A DNA stretch of 64,000 bases from Myxococcota bacterium (GTDB lineage: Bacteria; Myxococcota_A; UBA9160; UBA4427). The position numbers were made by a program, and so were the translations under genes. The stretch's first letter is position 1, and each line of letters begins with the position of its first letter. The notes below the pieces were generated by a model. That model made no database searches. It had not been told where the DNA came from and saw nothing but the letters and a program-made list of their open reading frames with translations. Of the stretch, positions 9,349 through 16,954 are shown one piece after another. The stretch is taken from positions 2,624,001 through 2,688,000 of the forward strand of contig OZ252299.1 in the NCBI GenBank assembly GCA_965250285.1. The letters are read 5' to 3'.

Positions 9349-9376
9349 ATTGTAGAATCAACGTCCCGCCCGTCAA
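9349..9376 (-). promoter_or_regulatory. Sigma-70-type promoter
   Basis: TTGACG (9376-9371) - N16 - TACAAT (9354-9349) on the minus strand. Confidence 0.7.
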
Positions 9377-9439
9377 CAGAAGTTCACATTTGGACTGGAC
9401 AGGTGACGTTGCCCCTCGGGGCTCCAGCCTCGGCGTGGC

Positions 9440-9721
9440 TCAGGAGGACGCCGCAGCATCGAGGACGCCGCGCACCGCGGGCGGCAGGAATCGCTCTTCC
9501 AGCGCGTCGCCGGCGTGGGCCACGAGCGCCGAGCCGAGGGACGCGATCTGGACATCGACGGGGTCGGCGGACGACAGCACGAGCCAGATCCGCCCCTTCA
9601 CGCGGCACACCCCGCTGGCGAGCGGCGGCTCGCCCTCGACTCCGGCCCGCACCGGGCGTACCTCGAGCCCCACCTCGTCGGCGAGATCGAGCAGCGCCTG
9701 CATCAGGTCGGCGGCCTGCAT
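9440..9721 (-). CDS. Small hypothetical protein downstream of rsmA
   Basis: 93 aa, GGGAGG RBS, protein-like composition (LLDLADEVGLEVR...SGVCRVKGRIWLVL). Confidence 0.7.
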   Translation of the reverse strand: MQAADLMQALLDLADEVGLEVRPVRAGVEGEPPLASGVCRVKGRIWLVLSSADPVDVQIASLGSALVAHAGDALEERFLPPAVRGVLDAAASS

Positions 9722-9748
9722 GGCGATCTCCCTCCCTCGACCGCGAGG

Positions 9749-10621
9749 CTAGGCGACCCAACCGCGCGCCGCGAAGGCGTCGGCGAGCGCGACGAAGCGC
9801 GCCGGCTCGACCGTCTCGGCCCGCACGCCGGGGTCGATGTCGGCCGCGCGCAGGGCGTGCTCGATCTGCTCGCGCGCATCACCGAGCCCGGGATCGAGCG
9901 CGAAGCCCGAGCCACGCAGCGCGTTCGCGATCGTCTTGCGACGCTGCGAGAACGCCGCGCGGGTCACGCGCTCGACCCGCGCCAGCGCGTCGACCTCGAC
10001 GAGAGGCGTGGTCCGGGGCCAGACGCGCAGGAACGCCGACTCGACCTTCGGCGGCGGAAAGAACGCGCCGGGCGGCAGCACCGCGCAGACCTCGACGTCG
10101 ACGCAGAGCGCGTGCAGCACCGACAGCGAACCGTACGCCTTCGAGCCCGGCGAAGCGGCGATGCGATCGGCGACCTCGCGCTGGATCATCACCGACCAGT
10201 CGGCGAGCACCCCGCGCAGGTCGAGCATGCGCCGGAGGAGCGGCGTCGCGACCGAGTACGGCAGGTTGGCCACGAGCCGGACGGGGGCCGGCAGCTCGGC
10301 GGCAAGCGCAGCGAAGTCGACGTCGAGCGCGTCGGCGTGGCGCAGCTCGATGGGGCCGGGCAGCAGTTGCTCCGACTCGAGCGCGCGCACGACGCCGGCG
10401 TCGATCTCGATCGTCACGACGCGCGCCGCGCGGGCGGCGAGCGCGCGCGTCAGTACGCCGAGACCGGTGCCCACCTCGATGACGCCGTCGCCCTCGCCGA
10501 CGCCGGCGAGCTGCGCGAGGCGCTCGGCCTGACGGTCTTCGACGAGGAAGTTCTGGCCGAGCTCGCGGCTGAGCCGCAGCCCGTGCCGCTCGAGGACGCC
10601 GCGGACGTCGCGCAGGCCCAA
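9749..10621 (-). CDS. rsmA: 16S rRNA m6,2A dimethyltransferase KsgA/RsmA
   Basis: LGQNFL, IEVGTGLGVLT, VANLPYSV, MIQREVADRI, FFPPPKVESA, FSQRRKTI. TTG start inferred. Confidence 0.95.
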   Translation of the reverse strand: MGLRDVRGVLERHGLRLSRELGQNFLVEDRQAERLAQLAGVGEGDGVIEVGTGLGVLTRALAARAARVVTIEIDAGVVRALESEQLLPGPIELRHADALDVDFAALAAELPAPVRLVANLPYSVATPLLRRMLDLRGVLADWSVMIQREVADRIAASPGSKAYGSLSVLHALCVDVEVCAVLPPGAFFPPPKVESAFLRVWPRTTPLVEVDALARVERVTRAAFSQRRKTIANALRGSGFALDPGLGDAREQIEHALRAADIDPGVRAETVEPARFVALADAFAARGWVA

Positions 10622-10628
10622 CGCCGAC

Positions 10629-11711
10629 TCAGCCCGGGTGCCGTTCGGCGAGCCCGCGCTGCCAGGGCGCCTCGCCAACGGGGACGCGCGAGAAAGCGTT
10701 CAGGTCGAGCGCATGCGACTCGCCGCGGGCCAGGAGCCGCGCCCCGGCGGCGGCGATCATGACCGCGTTGTCGGTGCACAGATCCATCGGCGGGAAGATC
10801 GCGCGAAATCCCGCCCGCTCGCCCGCCGAGGCCATGCGCGCCCTCAGCCACCGGTTGGCCGCGACGCCGCCGACGACTGCGACGTCTTTCAGCTGTTCGG
10901 CCTTCATCGCGCGCCGCGTTCGCAACACGAGCGAATCGATCGCGGCCTCTTCGAACGAGGCCGCGACGTCGGCGATGTCGGCCGGCGTGAGCGCCCCCTG
11001 CCCCCCGCGCGCCTCGACCTCGAGCGCGACCGCCGTCTTGAGCCCGCTGTACGAGAAGTCGAAGCCCGCCTTCTTGAGCATCGGGCGCGGAAAGTCGATT
11101 GCGCCTCGATCGCCTGCCTCGGCGGCGGCGGCCACGGCCGGGCCGCCGGGGAACCCCAACCCCAGCAGCTTCGCGACCTTGTCGAAGGCTTCGCCGACCG
11201 CGTCGTCGCGCGTCTCACCGAGCAGCGCCGGCGCGGCGTCGGCCGTCACGCGATAGAGCGCCGTGTGGCCGCCCGAGACGACGAGCCCGACGTAGGGCGG
11301 CGCGAGATCGGGAGAGGCCAGCTCGGCCGCGACGAGGTGGCCCTCGAGGTGATGGACGCCGACGAGCGGCAGCCCGGCGCGGTAGGCCAGCGCCTTGCCG
11401 AACGACAGCCCGACCAGCAGCGAGCCGATCAGGCCCGGTCCGGCGGTGACGGCGATGCCCGAGAGGTCGCCGAGCCCGACCCCGGCTTCGGCGAGGGCGG
11501 CCTCGGCCACGGCGTGCACCGCCCGCACGTGATCGCGCGAGGCCAGCTCGGGCACCACCCCCCCATAGGGTTCGTGGACCTCGACCTGACCATGGACGAC
11601 GCTGGATCGGATCTCGCGGCCGCGCTCGACGACCGCCGCGGCCATCTCGTCGCACGAGCTCTCGATCCCGAGCACGAGATCGGGCAGCGCGGGCACCGGA
11701 GAGGGGCTCAT
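10629..11711 (-). CDS. tsaD: tRNA threonylcarbamoyltransferase TsaD
   Basis: LGIESSCDE, GGVVPELASRDH, HHLEGH, VSGGHT, DDAVGEAFDK, TDNAVMIA. Confidence 0.97.
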   Translation of the reverse strand: MSPSPVPALPDLVLGIESSCDEMAAAVVERGREIRSSVVHGQVEVHEPYGGVVPELASRDHVRAVHAVAEAALAEAGVGLGDLSGIAVTAGPGLIGSLLVGLSFGKALAYRAGLPLVGVHHLEGHLVAAELASPDLAPPYVGLVVSGGHTALYRVTADAAPALLGETRDDAVGEAFDKVAKLLGLGFPGGPAVAAAAEAGDRGAIDFPRPMLKKAGFDFSYSGLKTAVALEVEARGGQGALTPADIADVAASFEEAAIDSLVLRTRRAMKAEQLKDVAVVGGVAANRWLRARMASAGERAGFRAIFPPMDLCTDNAVMIAAAGARLLARGESHALDLNAFSRVPVGEAPWQRGLAERHPG

Positions 11712-11740
11712 CGGACTTCCCCGTGGAGCAGACCGGGCGA

Positions 11741-12103
11741 CTACGCGCCCCGCCGCTCGAGCTGCTCCTGCTCGGACTTGCAGTCGATGCAGAGCTCAGC
11801 GACCGGGCGGGCCTGCAGACGCTTGGTGCCGATCTGCTCACCGCACGACTCGCACTCGCCGTAGATGCCTTCCTCGATCTTCTCGAGGGCGCCTTCGATC
11901 TTGTTCAGCAGCCCGCGCTCGCGCTCGCGCAGACGCCCTTGAAAGGCGAGGTTCATCTCGGAAGAGGCGGTGTCGATCTCGTCGGGGAAGTCGTCGGGAT
12001 CGAGATGGATGTCGCCCGATCGGGTCTTTTCCGCGTTGCCGAGCAGCTCTTCGCGCTGGGCCTCGAGGATCTTCCTGAACTTCTCCATGTCCCGCTTCTT
12101 CAA
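11741..12103 (-). CDS. dksA: DksA/TraR C4 zinc-finger protein
   Basis: DEIDTAS coiled-coil tip; YGECESCGEQI...RLQARPVAELCIDCK. Confidence 0.9.
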   Translation of the reverse strand: MKKRDMEKFRKILEAQREELLGNAEKTRSGDIHLDPDDFPDEIDTASSEMNLAFQGRLRERERGLLNKIEGALEKIEEGIYGECESCGEQIGTKRLQARPVAELCIDCKSEQEQLERRGA

Positions 12104-12232
12104 CGCTCTTCCCTCGTCTCTTTCTGCGCCGGCGCGCAGCCGGCGGCACACTGATTCTGCTCAGCCGACCCGTCGATCGGCGTGAGCCGAGCGCGCTTGG
12201 ATTCTCCCGCGCGCTCGACGTTTCACCGGGCG

Positions 12233-13081
12233 TCAGCCCGTGCCAATCGCCTCGAGCTGCTGCCGCGCCTCCTTCGCGCGATCGCTGTCGGGGTAGTCGT
12301 TCAAGACCTGCTGAAAGACCGTCTTCGCCGCATCGTAGAAGCCGGGCCCGAGCTTGAGCAGGCTCTCACCCTGCCGGTACAGCGCGTCGGGCGCCTTGTT
12401 GCCGTTCGGGTACACGCGGACGACGTCGTTGAATCGCAGCACCGCCTGGCGGTACTCGCCCTTCTTGAAGTGACAGTCGGCCATCCAATAAGCGCCGTCG
12501 TCGGCATACGGCGACGACGGATAGTTCTGCAGGAACTTGCGAAAGCGATCGATGCAGAGATCGTTGTCGTTCTCGCGCCAGGCGTTGAGCGCCTCGCGAT
12601 AGGCGACCACCTCGGCCGAGGCCGCGGGATCGTCGCCCTCCGGCGGGGCCGCGCCCGCATCGAGGGTCGCCTCGCCGGTGGTCGCAGCGGCTGCGCCCGC
12701 CGCCGCCGCACCGGCCGCGCCGGCGCTCGCGGCGCCGCTTCGGGCCAACCGCGCGTCGGCCGCAGCATCGGCTGCCGTCTTCTCGGCGACCTCCACCTGA
12801 CCGCGAAGCGCATCGATCTCGCGGCGCAGCTTGTCGATCTCGGCCGACATCTCGGCGATGCGTTTCGAAGAGTTCGGGGTCTGGGTGCTGCGACGCTCGG
12901 CGTTCGCGACGCGCTCTTCGAGCGCGAGCAGGTCACCCTTGGTGGCGCAGCCCATGGCCGTGCCGAGCAGCGCGGCGCCGAGCCCCAGAGCGGCGAGGAC
13001 AGGCCCCGGCCGCCCCGCGCGACGCGGCGCGGGCTTCGATCGGGGCACTCCGATCGGGCGCACTCCCTCGCGCTTCAGCAT
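12233..13081 (-). CDS. cpoB: Tol-Pal system protein CpoB/YbgF (lipoprotein, coiled coil + TPR)
   Basis: Lipobox AMGC, coiled coil, FLQNYPSSPYADDGAYW, YPNGNKAPDALY; follows tolB. Start uncertain. Confidence 0.88.
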   Translation of the reverse strand: MLKREGVRPIGVPRSKPAPRRAGRPGPVLAALGLGAALLGTAMGCATKGDLLALEERVANAERRSTQTPNSSKRIAEMSAEIDKLRREIDALRGQVEVAEKTAADAAADARLARSGAASAGAAGAAAAGAAAATTGEATLDAGAAPPEGDDPAASAEVVAYREALNAWRENDNDLCIDRFRKFLQNYPSSPYADDGAYWMADCHFKKGEYRQAVLRFNDVVRVYPNGNKAPDALYRQGESLLKLGPGFYDAAKTVFQQVLNDYPDSDRAKEARQQLEAIGTG

Positions 13082-13228
13082 CGATCCGTCCCCCCTGGCA
13101 ACGCCGGCCACCGAATCATGGCCGGGCATTCTAGCCCCGATTCCACGGCCGTCGCGCGAAAGAAGCGCCGGGCGGCGGGCTCCGGCGTCGCGGGCGCCCT
13201 CTCCGTCGGCTCGAAGCGGCACAGCTGC

Positions 13229-14722
13229 TCAGCGCGGGAAGGGTCCCCACGCGGGCTGCAGATTGTCGCCCTGCTGCTGCGTCAAGCGGCGCAGATTCTC
13301 TCCGTCGATGTCGACCGCATAGATGTCGGACCGCCCGCGCCTGTTCGACGCAAACGAGATCTTGCGCGAATCGGGCGACCAGCTGGCCGACTCGTCGCTG
13401 CGTGGGTGCGTGACGAGGGGAACGTTGACGTCGCCTTCGGGATCGATCAGCCAGATGTCGAAGCGACCGCCTTCGACGCGGGTCTCGTAGGCGATCCAGC
13501 GCCCGTCGGGCGACCAGGCGGGGTGCGTGTTGTAGCTGCCGTTGTACGTCAGCCGGCGCACGTTGTTGCCCTCTTCGTCCATGATGTAGATCTGAGGCGC
13601 CCCGCCGCGATCGGATACGAACGCGAGCTGGGTACCGTCCGGCGACCACGTGGGCGAGATCTCGATGGCGCGGCTGCGGGTGAGCCGGCGCAGACGCTTG
13701 CCGGATCGGTCGACCGAGAAGATCTCCGACGCGCCGTCGAGGCTCGATACGAAGGCGATGCGACGCCCATCGGGGGCGAAGACGCCTCGGTACTTCGCGA
13801 ACCCGGGCAACACCTTCGTGAGGATCGGGCCGGGGCGCGAGCTGCCGCGGCTCGTGATGTAGAGGCGCGGCACCTCGAGGTCGCGGTACCCCGTATACAC
13901 GATGGCGCCGCCATCGGGCATCCAATCGGGGAAGGCCTTGATGCTGTCGCCGCTCGTCGCGCGGCGCTGCCGGCTGCCGTCGGCATCCATCACGAAGACC
14001 GCGCGCTGGCCGGTGCGATCCGAGATGAAGGCGATCTCGGTTGCCGAGACGCCCGGCATCCCGGTGAAGGCCTCGACCACCGTGTCGGCGAGCAACCGCC
14101 CGGTGCGACCGAGCAGACTGGCCGGCTCCTGAAACTCACCGCGGTCGATGCGCACACAGCGCGCCGTATCCCAGACTTGATACTCGATCACCACGCGCTG
14201 GCCCTCGCGACCGAGCCGCCCCTCGACCAGGGCGTCGGCGCCGCTCGTCACCCAGTCGGCACAATCGGTGCGCGTTGCGCCCGCGAGCTCGAGCGTCGTC
14301 GACTCGCCGAGGAACGCATCGTCATCGAGCGGCGTGAGGATCCCCGAGAAGTCGAGCCCGGCGTGGATCGCAGCCCGCAGCTCGTCGACGCGCTCGGGCT
14401 GTGGCACCTCGTTCTCATCGCTGAAGCGCTGCACCGCGACGTTGAACGTCCTGGCCTCGCCCGGCGTGATCAGGATCGCGGGGCCTTCGTCGAGCGCGGG
14501 CGCGGCCCCTTCTTGCGCGGGCGCAGCCCCGTCCTGCATGGGCGCGGGCGTGGGCGTGGGCGCGGGCGTGGGCGCAGGTGTGGTCGCGGGCGCATCCTGA
14601 GCGGGCGCGGGCTCGAACGGCAGCAGCAGCCCGACGCAGGCGACGAGCGCGCCGAGCGCCGCCATCCGAACCCGACCGAATCGCCCGGCCTCCCTCGCCT
14701 GCATCGACCGCATGGTCATCAC
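13229..14722 (-). CDS. tolB: Tol-Pal beta-propeller protein TolB
   Basis: PD40 repeats (PTWSPDG, PAWSPDG, ASWSPDS), IAFISDRTG; lies in the tolQRA cluster. Confidence 0.93.
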   Translation of the reverse strand: MMTMRSMQAREAGRFGRVRMAALGALVACVGLLLPFEPAPAQDAPATTPAPTPAPTPTPAPMQDGAAPAQEGAAPALDEGPAILITPGEARTFNVAVQRFSDENEVPQPERVDELRAAIHAGLDFSGILTPLDDDAFLGESTTLELAGATRTDCADWVTSGADALVEGRLGREGQRVVIEYQVWDTARCVRIDRGEFQEPASLLGRTGRLLADTVVEAFTGMPGVSATEIAFISDRTGQRAVFVMDADGSRQRRATSGDSIKAFPDWMPDGGAIVYTGYRDLEVPRLYITSRGSSRPGPILTKVLPGFAKYRGVFAPDGRRIAFVSSLDGASEIFSVDRSGKRLRRLTRSRAIEISPTWSPDGTQLAFVSDRGGAPQIYIMDEEGNNVRRLTYNGSYNTHPAWSPDGRWIAYETRVEGGRFDIWLIDPEGDVNVPLVTHPRSDESASWSPDSRKISFASNRRGRSDIYAVDIDGENLRRLTQQQGDNLQPAWGPFPR

Positions 14723-15489
14723 GAACTCGCCTCCGGTACGAAGATGAACGTTTGGGCGCCGGCTGCGGGGGGCACCGGCAGCGGGCTCGCCTTCTTCAGG
14801 GCGCGCACCGCGTTGTCGTCGGCATAGGGGTCGCCCGACGAGCGAATCACCTCGGGCTCACCGACGACCGTGCCGTCGGCGCGCAGCTGCACGCGCAGCT
14901 CGGTCCGCAGCCCGCGACCGACGAACTCGGGCGGGTTGACCCAGACCGACTGCACGTGCCGCGTCGTGGCCAGGATCCACTGCCGAAGCTCGGGCGAGAT
15001 CGTGGCGGTGCCGGCGACGTCGCTCGGCAGCGCCTCGGTCGCCGACGAGGTCTCGGCGGGCACCGGGGTGTCGACCGGCGGCGCGTTCTCGCCGAGCTCG
15101 GCCCGCAGCGCGGCCATGGCGTCTCCCAGCTCCATCTCCTTGGGGCGCGGTCGGCGCCGGATCGGTTCCGCGGGCTTCGGGGCCGCGGGCTTCGCCAGCG
15201 CGTCCGGGGCCCGTTTGGGCAGCACCTTGGCCTGCGGCGGCGGCGGGGGGGCCGGGGCCGGGGCGGGCTTCTCGACCGGCTTCGCCGCGGGCGCAGCGGC
15301 CGGCGGCGCGGCGACCAGGTCGACGGTGATCGCCTGGGGCAGCGCGATGGGCGGAGGCGACGGGCGCAGCATCAGCAACACGACCACGACCCCATGCCCG
15401 AGCACCGAGAACGCGAGCGCGCGCCGCAGCCGACGTCGTGCATCGGTCTCGAGGTCGAGCTCGAGCTGCGTGTTCCAGGTCGCTTCCAC
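14719..15489 (-). CDS. tolA: TolA/TonB-family energy transducer
   Basis: TM with SVLGH motif, Pro/Ala-rich linker, C-terminal RSSGDPYADDNAVRALKKASPLP. Confidence 0.85.
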   Translation of the reverse strand: MEATWNTQLELDLETDARRRLRRALAFSVLGHGVVVVLLMLRPSPPPIALPQAITVDLVAAPPAAAPAAKPVEKPAPAPAPPPPPQAKVLPKRAPDALAKPAAPKPAEPIRRRPRPKEMELGDAMAALRAELGENAPPVDTPVPAETSSATEALPSDVAGTATISPELRQWILATTRHVQSVWVNPPEFVGRGLRTELRVQLRADGTVVGEPEVIRSSGDPYADDNAVRALKKASPLPVPPAAGAQTFIFVPEASS

Positions 15490-15588
15490 TTTCGGTTCGG
15501 ACGCCCCATTCGAGGGTTCGGTTGCCGCCGCGCGCGGCGACGGGGGTTCGGCGCTCGGCGCGGCGCGGGGCGGCGCCGATCCGCCCGC

Positions 15589-16011
15589 TCAGCCCTGCTC
15601 CGCCTCGGTCACGATGCCGAGCTGGGTCGAGCCCGCTCGGCGCGCGGCCGCCATGGCCTTCACGACGAGGCCGTAGGGCGCATCGCGATCGGCGCGCAGG
15701 AAGATCTCCTTCGAGCCCCGCGCGTCGAACACTGCCTCGAGGCGCTTCTGGAGCTCATCGGCGGGCACCTCCTTGCGCCCGAGAAAGTACGTGCCCTCGG
15801 CATCGACCGAGAGAATCAGCGGCGCGTCCTTCACGCGCAGTGGCTGCGTGGTCGTCTCGGGCAGGTTGACGTCCATGCCCTGCTGCATCAGGGGCGCCGT
15901 CGCCATGAAGATGACGAGCAGCACGAGCATCACGTCGACGAGCGGCGTGACGTTGATCTCGGCGTTGGCCCGGCGCCGCTGTCCGGACGCGCTCCCGAGC
16001 GAGGCGGCCAC
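15589..16011 (-). CDS. tolR: TolR (ExbD family)
   Basis: EINVTPLVDVMLVLLVIFM; LRADRDAPYGLVVKAM. Confidence 0.93.
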   Translation of the reverse strand: MAASLGSASGQRRRANAEINVTPLVDVMLVLLVIFMATAPLMQQGMDVNLPETTTQPLRVKDAPLILSVDAEGTYFLGRKEVPADELQKRLEAVFDARGSKEIFLRADRDAPYGLVVKAMAAARRAGSTQLGIVTEAEQG

Positions 16012-16013
16012 GG

Positions 16014-16691
16014 CTACCCGCCCTCGCCGAGGTGCGCGAGGTCGGTCTCGAGCTCGGCCGAGAACAGCTCGACCTGATTCGAGATCGAGTCGATGCGGCC
16101 GACGAACGAGTTGTACGCGACGGTCGCCGGGATCGCGGCCGCCAGACCCACGCCGGTCGCGATCAGGGCCTCGGCCATGCCGGGCCCCACGACGGCGAGG
16201 CTCGCGTTGCCCGAAGCGCCGATCGATTGGAACGTCGCGATGATGCCGACCACGGTGCCGAACAGGCCGATGAACGGAGACGCGCTGCCCACCGTCGCCA
16301 GAAACGGCAGGTAGCGATCGAGGCGTGCGCGTTCGCGCACAGACGTCCAGCGAATCACCTTGCCCAGCAACCGACGTTGCTGCGGATCGAGGCGCGAGAG
16401 CGAAGACGCGCCCGCCTGCTTCGCGAGCCGCTGGAGATCCGCCGCGCACGAGAGAAAGACCACGGCGAACGGGCTGCGCTCGAGGTGCCTGGCGGCATCG
16501 AACGACGCGTCGAACCCCTTGCGCTGATAGACCTCGAGAAACGCCTCGCTATCCTGGTCTGCGCCCTTCAGCTCCAACCACTTGACGGCGATGAGTCCCC
16601 AGCTGACGACCGAGAACACCGCCAGGAGCAGAAGCACGAGCTTCACGATCAGCCCGGCTTGCAGAATCAGGTCGATGACGTCGAAGCTCAT
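16014..16691 (-). CDS. tolQ: TolQ (MotA/TolQ/ExbB family)
   Basis: LATVGSASPFIGLFGTVVGI; VVGPGMAEALIATGVGLAAAIPA. Confidence 0.95.
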   Translation of the reverse strand: MSFDVIDLILQAGLIVKLVLLLLAVFSVVSWGLIAVKWLELKGADQDSEAFLEVYQRKGFDASFDAARHLERSPFAVVFLSCAADLQRLAKQAGASSLSRLDPQQRRLLGKVIRWTSVRERARLDRYLPFLATVGSASPFIGLFGTVVGIIATFQSIGASGNASLAVVGPGMAEALIATGVGLAAAIPATVAYNSFVGRIDSISNQVELFSAELETDLAHLGEGG

Positions 16692-16954
16692 GTCGTCCCC
16701 CCAGCGACGTCGCATCGGCGTGATGTGTCGCCCTCTAGTCGGGCGACACGGCGCGCCGGAGAGTAGAGAACGCCCCACAGGCGTTCAACTGAATCGAGGT
16801 CTGGACGGCCCCCGCGCGCGCCTTTCGGGCACGCCCGCGCACACCGCGAGCGGCGCTGCGTGAGGCACGTCACATCACGCCGGGCCACCCATCATCGCGT
16901 CGAGGCCGCGAGCCACCTCGGCGCCCACGAACGGAAGTGAGGAACGACACCACC

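Noticed and set aside
14540..14585. 6-bp GGCGTG/GGCGCG repeats
   Set aside because: They encode a Pro-Thr/Pro-Ala linker after the TolB signal peptide, which is ordinary low complexity.
12182..14827. Long antisense ORFs (e.g. 881 aa here, also 51711-53882 and 43785-45716)
   Set aside because: These are shadow frames opposite well-supported genes, as expected from high-GC codon bias.
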